Assembly: GCA_964439345.1 (NCBI GenBank)
Contig: CAYTNS010000002.1
Span: 26,797 to 90,796, forward strand
Length of the DNA: 64,000 nt
Origin: an uncultured Christensenella sp.
GTDB taxonomy: Bacteria; Bacillota; Clostridia; Christensenellales; UBA1242
Reading direction: 5' to 3'
In this document: positions 18,772-27,911 of the stretch, in pieces
How positions within the stretch are numbered: position 1 is the stretch's first letter
How the letters are laid out: each line of letters starts with the position of its first letter
Made by a program: the position numbers and the translations under genes
The notes under the pieces: generated by a model
Database searches by the model: none
The model's input: the letters and a program-made list of their open reading frames with translations, nothing else
Told to the model about the DNA's origin: nothing

Positions 18772-18855
18772 ATCTCTAATTTAATTTATCTAGATATATC
18801 ACATTATATAGTTACTTAAAATCTATATATAGTTCTTGTATATTTAAGACACTCC

Positions 18856-19536
18856 CTAAATATTAGCCCTAATATCATCGATAACAGCATTAAAGATATC
18901 CTCGTGGATACTATCTATGCTCCTTAGTTCCCCTCCCTCGGTGCAAGGAATAGTAACCCAAGCATATTTATCTGCCACATACTTACCGGCCTCATAGCTC
19001 CTACGCAAGTGGTCGGGATTTAATTCGTGGATATCTTTTTTCTCCCCACTCTTCTGCTCATCTCTGGCTGAAGCAATTTTAAAACTAATATCTACTGGAA
19101 CATCTAAAAATATTGTTTTATTAGCCCTAGGTAATTTTAGGGTATCAAATTCTAGGATATCTAACCACTCTAGGAATTTATCTACCTTATCCCTGTCACT
19201 TATTTTACCTGCCTGATGAAGCATATTGGAGGATACATATCTATCAAAAAGGATTATGCCACCATCTTCGTAAAAATCTTTTAAATCTTTTAGATAAGTA
19301 CATAGCCTATCTACTGCATATAGTGTACTAGCCTGATATGGGTCAACCGACATATCTGTCGCTCCCAATTCGCCACCTAAGTACATTTTAACTGGTGCAG
19401 AAGATGGAGAATCGTAATTAGGGAAACTCTGCCTCATTACTTTATAGCCCATACCCTCTAGTCTTTCGTATAGTCTAGTAGTTTGGGTTTGTTTGCCACA
19501 GCCATCTGTGCCCTCAATAACTATAATGTATCCCAT
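18856..19536 (-). CDS. tmk: Thymidylate kinase
   Basis: P-loop IVIEGTDGCGKQTQ, the FPNYDSPSS...YLGGE pattern, and a size of about 226 aa. Confidence 0.8.
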   Translation of the reverse strand: MGYIIVIEGTDGCGKQTQTTRLYERLEGMGYKVMRQSFPNYDSPSSAPVKMYLGGELGATDMSVDPYQASTLYAVDRLCTYLKDLKDFYEDGGIILFDRYVSSNMLHQAGKISDRDKVDKFLEWLDILEFDTLKLPRANKTIFLDVPVDISFKIASARDEQKSGEKKDIHELNPDHLRRSYEAGKYVADKYAWVTIPCTEGGELRSIDSIHEDIFNAVIDDIRANI

Positions 19537-22259
19537 TAATTTTCCTCCGATATTTCTACTTCTACAGTTTCTTCTGTATTCTTTTTTGCTTTCTTTCTTC
19601 TGATAGTATACTCGATTAATTTCTGTATCTCTACTATAGGAATAATCGCTAATGCCGAACCTACTGCAATTGCTAGTTCGGTTAGACTCAATGTGGTTGT
19701 GCCAAAGAATGTCTGGAATGCTGGTACAAAGGTAAGTGCAGTTAGAGCAATACCAGCAAGGGTTGCTAGGTTTAATTTGCCATTGCCAAAAGGATTGGAG
19801 GCAAATAGCGAATGGGTCTGCGACCTAGTATTGTATGCGTGGAATAATTGAATAAGTGCTAGAGTTACAAATGCCATAGTCATAGCGACCGAGTGATTCA
19901 TAACGCCATCTTGGAGTACATATCCACCTATGCAGAAGGATAGCATAGTAAGTGCTGTTTGGAATGCACCTTGGATAAGTATATCTATTCCCGTTTTACC
20001 AGCAAATAGCGATGCTCCCGACTTTCTAGGAGGTTTATCCATTATATCCTTTTCTACTTTCTCTACACCCAGTGCGAGGGCAGGAAGGGAATCGGTTACT
20101 AGATTAATCCATAGTATCATTACTGCACTTAGAAAATCCACTTTTAAAAATATTGTTGTTATAAATAAGCATAATACTTCGGCAATATTGGCAGATAGTA
20201 GATATTGAACGGCTTTTTTGATATTTGAGTAAACCTTTCTACCCTCTTCTACTGCTGCAATAATTGTAGCGAAATTATCATCGGCTAGGACTATATCGGC
20301 AGCCCCCTTGCTAACATCTGTACCGGTAATACCCATACCTATGCCTATATCGGCAGTCTTTATAGATGGTGCATCGTTTACACCATCGCCCGTCATAGCG
20401 ACTATTATATTAAATTTCTTATAAGCATTGACTATTCTTACTTTATTCTCGGGGCTAACTCTAGCAAAGACTTTATAATGTCTTAAGTCTTTTAGGAATT
20501 GCTCCTCAGACATTTTATCTAGTTCAGCACCCGTAATAGCCTTGTCGCCCTTGCCAAATATACCTATTTGCTTAGCGATAGCCACAGCAGTATCTAGGTG
20601 GTCACCCGTAATCATTACGGCAGACATACCTGCTCTTTTGCATGTAGCGACGGCTTCTTTTACCTCTGCTCTAGGTGGGTCTATCATTCCCACTAATCCT
20701 ACAAATATTAGGTCTTCCTCTAATTTGTCGTGATTTTTAAGTCCCGTCTTTTTATATGCAAGAGCTAATACCCTTAGAGCCTCTTTACACATAGTAGCAT
20801 TGGCAGATTGTACTAAAGTTTTATCATCTTCGGTTATCTCTCTTACTTTGCCACCTACAAGTATCTTTGTGCAACGGCTAAGCATTACATCGACTGCACC
20901 CTTGGTATAAGATATCTTATTACCCTCGCTGTCTTCGTGCACGGTGGTCATTAGTTTCCTCTTGCTATCAAAGGGAATTTCGTCTATTCTAGGGTTTTCT
21001 TTCTTTATAGTCCTAGGAGCAAATTTAATAGTCCTAGCATAAGCCACTAGCGCTGTCTCGGTTGGGTCACCAACTAGTTTACCCTGAGCACCTTCCTGAG
21101 TATCATTACATAGCACTAGTCCCTCTACTAGCATTTTTTCTGCTCCGTCCTCGGGCTTCAATTCATCATAGTATAGTCCTTTATCTGGAGTATACAATTT
21201 TTGAACGGTCATTTGATTTAGGGTAAGTGTACCCGTTTTATCCGAACATATTACTTCGCAACAGCCTAAGGTTTCGACAGCAGGTAGATTTTTTACAATC
21301 GACTTTCTTTCGCTCATTCTCTTGACGCCTATTGCTAGTACTATAGTTACTACTGCTGGTAACCCCTCTGGGATAGCTGCCACTGCTATAGCTACTGCTA
21401 TCATAAAATTATCTATCACTGCCTCTAGTAGTGTTTGACTAGGGTCTCTATTTATAAGCCCTGCTACGAATATCACTCCAGCGATTGCTAGTACTATAAT
21501 AGATAGATACTTAGCAGTCTTTGCTAGTTGCTGAGACAAAGGAGTTTCATTTTTCTCTTGGTTATTAAGCATTCCAGCAATCTTACCAACCTCGGTATCC
21601 ATACCGGTAGCAACTACTATTCCACTACCCCTGCCGTACGATACTACTCCCGTACTATATGCCATAGTTTTTCTATCACCCAAAGGTGTCTTATCGTCCA
21701 ATTCGGCATTGCAATCTTTCTCGACTGGTACGCTCTCGCCCGTAAGAGTAGCCTCACCTATTTTTAATGACTTAGATGTAACTAATCTAATATCGGCAGG
21801 TACTACATCTCCTGCCTCCAAAATAACCATATCACCTACGACTAAGTCCTCACACTTGACTCTAGCCACTTCACCATCTCTAAGCACCTTGGCAAAAGGC
21901 TTATTCATCTTGGTAAGTTCCCTCATCGCCTCATCGGCTTTGGACTCCTGCACCGTACCCATAATGGCATTCACTACTACTATTAGTAATATTATTCCGG
22001 CATCAATTAGTTCGGTATAATGTCCCTGAACTATGGCAAGGATTGCCGATACACCGGCAGCGATTAATAGCACTATTATCATTAGATCCTTCATCTGTGA
22101 AAAGAATCTACTTATCCACGACTTTGGTTTACCCTCGGCTAGAGCATTCTTGCCATTCCTACCTAGCCTCTGTGTAGCCTCTTCGCTACTTAGTCCCTGC
22201 TCGGTGGTATTATACTTTTTGTAAACATCGTCCAATTTTAAATTGTAATCTTGTTTCAA
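19536..22259 (-). CDS. P-type ATPase, Ca2+-transporting (P2A-like)
   Basis: DKTGTLT phosphorylation motif, PEGLP, TGDGVNDAP, and 10-TM-type hydrophobic segments. 907 aa. Confidence 0.9.
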   Translation of the reverse strand: MKQDYNLKLDDVYKKYNTTEQGLSSEEATQRLGRNGKNALAEGKPKSWISRFFSQMKDLMIIVLLIAAGVSAILAIVQGHYTELIDAGIILLIVVVNAIMGTVQESKADEAMRELTKMNKPFAKVLRDGEVARVKCEDLVVGDMVILEAGDVVPADIRLVTSKSLKIGEATLTGESVPVEKDCNAELDDKTPLGDRKTMAYSTGVVSYGRGSGIVVATGMDTEVGKIAGMLNNQEKNETPLSQQLAKTAKYLSIIVLAIAGVIFVAGLINRDPSQTLLEAVIDNFMIAVAIAVAAIPEGLPAVVTIVLAIGVKRMSERKSIVKNLPAVETLGCCEVICSDKTGTLTLNQMTVQKLYTPDKGLYYDELKPEDGAEKMLVEGLVLCNDTQEGAQGKLVGDPTETALVAYARTIKFAPRTIKKENPRIDEIPFDSKRKLMTTVHEDSEGNKISYTKGAVDVMLSRCTKILVGGKVREITEDDKTLVQSANATMCKEALRVLALAYKKTGLKNHDKLEEDLIFVGLVGMIDPPRAEVKEAVATCKRAGMSAVMITGDHLDTAVAIAKQIGIFGKGDKAITGAELDKMSEEQFLKDLRHYKVFARVSPENKVRIVNAYKKFNIIVAMTGDGVNDAPSIKTADIGIGMGITGTDVSKGAADIVLADDNFATIIAAVEEGRKVYSNIKKAVQYLLSANIAEVLCLFITTIFLKVDFLSAVMILWINLVTDSLPALALGVEKVEKDIMDKPPRKSGASLFAGKTGIDILIQGAFQTALTMLSFCIGGYVLQDGVMNHSVAMTMAFVTLALIQLFHAYNTRSQTHSLFASNPFGNGKLNLATLAGIALTALTFVPAFQTFFGTTTLSLTELAIAVGSALAIIPIVEIQKLIEYTIRRKKAKKNTEETVEVEISEEN

Positions 22260-22375
22260 TGTCTTACTCCTTTTTACTTACTAAAGTAAGTATACCAAAC
22301 GGCAATATTTTTGTTAATTAAAAATAATCAATTTTTTGAAATGACAAATACTAGATAATCTGCTATACTTTAATT

Positions 22376-23065
22376 ATGAAAATATCTGGAATACAAAAAT
22401 TATCAATGGTAGATTATGATGGACATATAGCGTGTACCATCTTTACGACTGGCTGTAATTTCGCCTGTCCTTTTTGTCATAATTCGGGACTAGTCACAAA
22501 GATTGATGGGGGTACTCTTATCCCCACTGAGGAGGTCATAGCCCACCTAAAAAAGAGAAAGGGAATAATAGATGCTATAGTAATATCTGGTGGAGAACCC
22601 ACGTTGCAACCCGACCTAGTAGACTTTATACGAATTTTAAGAAAATTGGATATCTCCATTAAACTAGATACCAATGGAACTAACCTACCAGTACTCAAAG
22701 AATTAGTAGAAAATAAACTAATAGATTATGTGGCTATGGATATAAAAAATTCTATAGAAAAGTATCCACTAACTATAAATAAAGAGGTAGAAAAAAATAC
22801 AATCCTAGACACCATAAAATACATAATGACATCTGGAATAGATTATGAATTTAGAACAACTTTGGTTAAAGAATTTCATAGTATATCCGATATAAAAGAT
22901 ATCGCAAAGATGATAAAAGGTGCAAAGAAATACTGCCTACAAAAATTTGTAGATAACGATAATTGCATAGCTGGTGGCTTACACGAAGTGCCTAAATCGG
23001 AAGCCAAAGAAATGCTAGAGATAATAAAAGAAGATATACCTAATACCATCTTAAGAGGATATTAA
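22376..23065 (+). CDS. nrdG: Anaerobic ribonucleoside-triphosphate reductase activating protein (radical SAM)
   Basis: The N-terminal CNFACPFCHN motif (CxxxCxxC), GGEPT, a size of about 229 aa, and proximity to nrdD. Confidence 0.85.
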   Translation: MKISGIQKLSMVDYDGHIACTIFTTGCNFACPFCHNSGLVTKIDGGTLIPTEEVIAHLKKRKGIIDAIVISGGEPTLQPDLVDFIRILRKLDISIKLDTNGTNLPVLKELVENKLIDYVAMDIKNSIEKYPLTINKEVEKNTILDTIKYIMTSGIDYEFRTTLVKEFHSISDIKDIAKMIKGAKKYCLQKFVDNDNCIAGGLHEVPKSEAKEMLEIIKEDIPNTILRGY

Positions 23066-23094
23066 TTAGCACTGCAAATAAATACATAAAAAAC

Positions 23095-23137
23095 AATTCA
23101 TATAGAAATCAAAATCTATATGAATTTTTCTTTTTTA
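23095..23137 (+). terminator. Rho-independent terminator after nrdG
   Basis: AATTCATATAG / CTATATGAATT stem followed by a T-rich run. Confidence 0.6.
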
Positions 23138-23259
23138 TCCACAATTGTGCATTATTTGTCAATAAGTAGTATACAATTGTCAGTAATATACACACTACAA
23201 ACAAAAAGTCATTGTAATAATGTATAGATATATTCTTACACATCACAATAACTATATAT

Positions 23260-24165
23260 TTATAATGTATTTAGATAATTACAAGCACTAGTTCCAGCTA
23301 CAGCGCCATCGCCAATTGCAGTAGTCACTTGTCTAACACTCTTTCTCCTACAATCCCCTGCAACGAATAAGCCTGAGGTCTTAGTAGCAGTACTCTCATC
23401 GCTATCGAAATAACCCCACTTATCTAGGTCGGCAAGGTTAGCAAATCTAGCATTATCAGGCACTTGACCAATGGCTACAAATAGTGGAGTATTCTCTATT
23501 ACAAAGGTAGACTTATCGTCCCTCTCAAATTTGATACCTTTCAATTCCTTATCGCCTATTAGTTCGATAGTTTTTGCATTCCTAGTAATAATGATATTAT
23601 CTCTCTTCTCAACTGCACTAACTAGTGCACCATCGCCAAAGAATTTATCAAACATTATAACTAGATTTACCTTGCTACATATATCGCTAAGTAGCAACGC
23701 ATATTGCAAAGCCGTATTGCCATCGCCTATTAAAGTGACCTCTTTGCCAGTGTAGAATGGTCCATCACATAGTGCACAATAGTACACTCCGTGACCTATT
23801 AGGTCGTCCTCATTAGGTAGTCTTAGTTTTCTGTGTTTTACACCCGTTGCTATTATTACAGCCTTTGACTGATACTCGCCAAATTCACCCTTTAGAGTAA
23901 ATACATTATCCTTTTTTTCGATAGACTCGATTTTATCAAATTCAAAGTCTACACCTAGGTCGGATATTTGGTCAAATAAGTCTTCGCTAAGTTTTGCACC
24001 CGAAGTTTGCTTGATAGTTGGATAGTTTTCTACCTTTGGGCTTTGGGCTATTTGACCACCCACCGATTCGCCCTCAATTAGTAGCACTTTCTTTCCATTT
24101 CTTAAGGAATAGAGTGCCGAAGTCATTCCCGACACTCCCCCTCCGATTACTATAATATCGTACAT
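23260..24165 (-). CDS. Thioredoxin-reductase-family flavoprotein lacking the canonical NADPH 2'-phosphate motif
   Basis: FAD site IIVIGGGVSGMTSA and redox-active YYCALCDG (about 23762-23785). The second nucleotide site reads GDGNTA...LVIMFDKFFGDG where canonical TrxB has GGGNSA...HRRDxFRA. The ATG overlaps the nrdD stop (TAATG at 24163-24167). Confidence 0.8.
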   Translation of the reverse strand: MYDIIVIGGGVSGMTSALYSLRNGKKVLLIEGESVGGQIAQSPKVENYPTIKQTSGAKLSEDLFDQISDLGVDFEFDKIESIEKKDNVFTLKGEFGEYQSKAVIIATGVKHRKLRLPNEDDLIGHGVYYCALCDGPFYTGKEVTLIGDGNTALQYALLLSDICSKVNLVIMFDKFFGDGALVSAVEKRDNIIITRNAKTIELIGDKELKGIKFERDDKSTFVIENTPLFVAIGQVPDNARFANLADLDKWGYFDSDESTATKTSGLFVAGDCRRKSVRQVTTAIGDGAVAGTSACNYLNTL

Positions 24166-26537
24166 TATTTTTTACTCTCTTCTATGTATCTTCTTATCTC
24201 ACTAGCATTATCATAATATCTAATGCCTTCAGCAGTAGGAACTAGTAGAGTTGGTGCTTTTTTAACACCGAATTTATTTGTAAGTTCGGCATTCTCCTCG
24301 GCATCAATTACAGTATAGCTCATACCAGCTTTGTCTAGTAGCATTTTCGCCATCTTGCAATTAGGGCAAGTCTTGGTAGCAAATAAAGTCAATTTATCTA
24401 GAACTAAATCGCTAGGGTTGTTAGTGCCCTCTTCACACTTACACTCCTCTGCTTTACGCATTTTGCTAGTAGCGATATTGTATGTTTTTCTTTCTTTAAA
24501 CTCTTGTGATTTTCCATCATTCCAGTTTTGAACTGGTCTATAGTATCCAGTTATTCTACTATAAACTTCCGTTCTTGCACCACACTCTGGGCACTCATAG
24601 TGCTCTCCTGCTATATATCCGTGAGTCTTGCATACAGAATATGTAGGAGACATAGTATAGTATGGTAATTTATAATTTTCTGCAATCTTTCTAACTAGAT
24701 TCATAGTAGCCTTCCAATCCTCTAGTTTCTCGCCTAGGAATGCGTGGAATACTGTACCACTAGTATATAGAGTTTGCAATTTATCTTGAATATCTAGAGC
24801 CTCAAATATATCATCGGTAAAGCCTACTGGTAAGTGAGAACTATTAGTGTAATATGGAACATTATCATCGCTAGATGCAGTGATAATATCTGGATATCTC
24901 TCCCTATCGTGTTTAGCTAGTCTATAAGAAGTACTCTCAGCTGGAGTAGCCTCTAGGTTGTATAGGTCACCATATTTTTCTTGGTAATCACTTAATCTAT
25001 TTCTCATATGATTTAATACTTTAGCAGTAAAGTCTTGAGCCTCTTTATTGGTCAAATCTTTACCTAACCAAATAGCATTTAGACAAGCCTCGTTCATACC
25101 CACTAAACCAATAGTGCTAAAATGGTTATTGAATGAACCCAAGTATCTCTTTGTATATGGATATAATCCAACCTCTAGTAATTTAGTGATAACTTCTCTC
25201 TTGGTTTTTAGTGACCTAGCAGAAATATCCATCATCTTGTCTAGTCTCTCAAAGAACTCTTCCTCAGTCTTAGATAGATATGCAATTCTAGGCATATTGA
25301 TAGTAACTACACCTACACTACCAGTGCTTTCGCCCGAACCAAAGTAACCACCAGATTTCTTTCTAAGTTCTCTTAGGTCTAGTCTTAGTCTACAACACAT
25401 ACTTCTAACATCACTAGGCTCCATATCTGAATTGATGTAATTGGAGAAATATGGAGTACCGTACTTAGTAGTCATCTCAAATAATAATTTATTATTCTCT
25501 GTCTCGCTCCAGTCAAAGTCTCTAGTAATTGAGTAAGTTGGGATAGGATATTGGAATCCTCTACCATTAGCATCACCCTCTATCATAAGCTCGATAAAAG
25601 CCTTATTAACCATAGCCATTTCTTTTGCACAATCTTTGTATTTAAAGTTTTGCTCCTTGCCACCAACTATAGCATTAAGCTCGGCTAAGTCATTAGGAAC
25701 TACCCAGTCTAGAGTGATATTTGTAAATGGTGCTTGTGTTCCCCATCTAGATGGAGTATTAACGCCATAAATAAAGCTTTGGATACATTGTTTAACTTCC
25801 TTATAAGATAGGTTATCTACCTTAACAAATGGTGCTAGATAGGTATCAAAAGATGAGAAAGCCTGTGCTCCTGCCCATTCATTTTGCATAATGCCTAGGA
25901 AATTAACCATTTGGTTACATAGAGTGGATAAGTGACTAGCAGGAGTAGATGTAATCTTGCCAACAACACCACCTAAACCCTCTTGGATTAATTGTTTCAA
26001 AGACCAACCAGCACAATAGCCAGTAAGCATAGATAGGTCGTGGATATGGATATCGGCATTTTTATGAGCCTGTTCTATCTCTTTATCATATACTTCACTT
26101 AGCCAGTAATTAGCAGTAATTGCACCCGAGTTGCTAAGGATTAATCCACCTACCGAATATGTAACGGTTGAATTTTCTTTAACTCTCCAGTCGGCTAGAT
26201 TTAAGTATTTATCTACTGTGGACTTATAATCCATTACTGTCTCGTGGATATGTCTTACCTTTTCGTGGTCCTTTCTATATATAATGTATGCTTTGGCTAC
26301 ATTTTCGTATCCATTAGTCATTAGAACATTTTCTACAATATCCTGAACATCTTCTACAGATGGGACTTTGTCTTCAAATTTCTCTACCAAGTTTAGTTCG
26401 GTAATCTTTGCCATCTTCTTACAGTCTTTAATTTCTCCATCTCCTAGAGCAATCATTGCCTTAGCGATAGCATTCTCAATCTTGCCTATATCGTAGTCTA
26501 CTAATCTACCATCTCTCTTTCTAATTTTGGTAATCAT
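24165..26537 (-). CDS. nrdD: Anaerobic (class III) ribonucleoside-triphosphate reductase with an N-terminal ATP-cone and a C-terminal fused glutaredoxin/NrdH-like redoxin domain
   Basis: ATP-cone KRDGRLVDYDIGKIENAI, SMCCRLRLD loop, Zn-ribbon CKTHGY...CPECG, and glycyl-radical motif SRITGYY (about 24541-24561). About 90 extra residues follow, with LFATKTCPNCKMAK and a thioredoxin-fold pattern (about 24168-24430). The start is set at the ATG at 26537 (AAGGAG RBS) rather than the track start at 26594. Confidence 0.9.
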   Translation of the reverse strand: MITKIRKRDGRLVDYDIGKIENAIAKAMIALGDGEIKDCKKMAKITELNLVEKFEDKVPSVEDVQDIVENVLMTNGYENVAKAYIIYRKDHEKVRHIHETVMDYKSTVDKYLNLADWRVKENSTVTYSVGGLILSNSGAITANYWLSEVYDKEIEQAHKNADIHIHDLSMLTGYCAGWSLKQLIQEGLGGVVGKITSTPASHLSTLCNQMVNFLGIMQNEWAGAQAFSSFDTYLAPFVKVDNLSYKEVKQCIQSFIYGVNTPSRWGTQAPFTNITLDWVVPNDLAELNAIVGGKEQNFKYKDCAKEMAMVNKAFIELMIEGDANGRGFQYPIPTYSITRDFDWSETENNKLLFEMTTKYGTPYFSNYINSDMEPSDVRSMCCRLRLDLRELRKKSGGYFGSGESTGSVGVVTINMPRIAYLSKTEEEFFERLDKMMDISARSLKTKREVITKLLEVGLYPYTKRYLGSFNNHFSTIGLVGMNEACLNAIWLGKDLTNKEAQDFTAKVLNHMRNRLSDYQEKYGDLYNLEATPAESTSYRLAKHDRERYPDIITASSDDNVPYYTNSSHLPVGFTDDIFEALDIQDKLQTLYTSGTVFHAFLGEKLEDWKATMNLVRKIAENYKLPYYTMSPTYSVCKTHGYIAGEHYECPECGARTEVYSRITGYYRPVQNWNDGKSQEFKERKTYNIATSKMRKAEECKCEEGTNNPSDLVLDKLTLFATKTCPNCKMAKMLLDKAGMSYTVIDAEENAELTNKFGVKKAPTLLVPTAEGIRYYDNASEIRRYIEESKK

Positions 26538-26585
26538 TTTTAAAAATCTCCTTATAACTATATATTGTATTTCTGCAACCCTAAA

Positions 26586-26640
26586 AACATACATCTTGTG
26601 GTTGTCAAATACATCTTATCACTATATCTTGTGGTTCGTC
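26586..26640 (-). promoter_or_regulatory. Duplicated promoter/operator element upstream of nrdD (NrdR-box-like)
   Basis: The minus strand carries TTGACGAACCACAAGATATAGTGA and TTGACAACCACAAGATGTATGTT, 33 bp apart. CACTATATCTTGTG (26620-26633) is a good partial palindrome resembling the NrdR box consensus; the second copy is degenerate. Confidence 0.4.
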
Positions 26641-26988
26641 AAACAATTTAACCCATATTTGCAAACTTAATTTTTTTATAAAATTTTGCATAATTTATTC
26701 AATTTCACTTAAATTTCCTTGACTAATCCCCTTTCCTCCTTCCCACCCAAATCACCTTATATTATCTTTCTGTCAAAAAACCTATTCTCTTCGTCCAAAA
26801 GACTACCCAAGTACATAAATCACCCTGCCCACATAATACTTTGATTACTCAAACAAAAGGATTTTTTATTAAATATTAGTCAAAGATTTTTATAATTTTT
26901 TTGGTTATAAATCCATAATCCCATAAAAAAGAGTGACCATCGTCACCACCTCTAGATATAGAAGTTGTAACTTTAATCACCCTAAAAA

Positions 26989-27903
26989 CTATTCAAATAG
27001 TACTGCTCCTGCTAGTATTCCAGCATCTCCACCAAGTGAAGCCACTCTAATATCCACTTTAGGAGCACCCCTGTATCCATAATCCAATTTTTCTGCCTTT
27101 TCTATAGCCCTAGCTATTATATTGGGTGCGTGAGTTAGTCCCCCACCTACTACTATTACATCTGGTCTAAATATATTGCAATATGCCGTAAAGGCTTGAG
27201 CAAGTCTACTAGAATATTCCTCTACTATCCTACCTGCCACCTCATCACCTAGCATATATGCTCTATCTATCTCCGATGCAGGTATAATATCTTTGCTCTC
27301 TAGTATACTTTTTTCGCTAGTTCCTAGCATTTCTTTAGCAAGTGTGGATAGTGAAGTACAAGATACATATCTTTCCATACAGCCCCTATTGCCACAACCA
27401 CATTCCTCTCCTCCATATACAAATGGAATATGTCCTAGCTCTGCCGAGCCACCTTGTCCCTCGTACAAGCGACCATTTATCACTATGCCACCACCGACAC
27501 CCGTGCCGAATATTAGCATTATCATATTATTAGAGCCCTTTCCTGCACCTAGATGATATTCGGCAAGGGTTGCCATATCGCCATCATTTTTTACAAATAC
27601 GGGCAGACTAGTGATTTTAGCCATCTCGTCATACAGATTAACACCTTTCAAATTAAGATTAGCGCTGGATAAAACTACGCCATTTTGTATAATCCCTGGG
27701 CAACCTAAAGATATTCCTTTAATTTCGCTAGGCTTAATATTCCCATTTGACATTATTTCGTGCATAACCTTAGCCACACCCTTCATAACATCATTTTTAT
27801 CGGTCTTTATATCCACTCTATCTATTATCTTATTATCTTTTATTAGCCCTGCCTTTGTGGTAGTGCCACCTATATCTATTCCTATTGTATACATTATATC
27901 CAT
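26989..27903 (-). CDS. ROK-family glucokinase
   Basis: N-terminal GIDIGGTTTK, the ROK signature with the CGCGNRGCMERY zinc motif, and 304 aa. Confidence 0.8.
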   Translation of the reverse strand: MDIMYTIGIDIGGTTTKAGLIKDNKIIDRVDIKTDKNDVMKGVAKVMHEIMSNGNIKPSEIKGISLGCPGIIQNGVVLSSANLNLKGVNLYDEMAKITSLPVFVKNDGDMATLAEYHLGAGKGSNNMIMLIFGTGVGGGIVINGRLYEGQGGSAELGHIPFVYGGEECGCGNRGCMERYVSCTSLSTLAKEMLGTSEKSILESKDIIPASEIDRAYMLGDEVAGRIVEEYSSRLAQAFTAYCNIFRPDVIVVGGGLTHAPNIIARAIEKAEKLDYGYRGAPKVDIRVASLGGDAGILAGAVLFE

Positions 27904-27911
27904 TCCTTATA

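Noticed and set aside
26538-26594. N-terminal extension of nrdD in the ORF track (MYVFRVAEIQYIVIRRFLK...)
   Set aside because: The internal ATG at 26537 has an AAGGAG RBS and begins the ATP-cone. The extension overlaps the promoter/operator repeats. Similar trimming was applied to pfkA (55357-55389), GT2 (45061-45096), pepF (50361-50372) and the hypothetical gene at 45957-46061.
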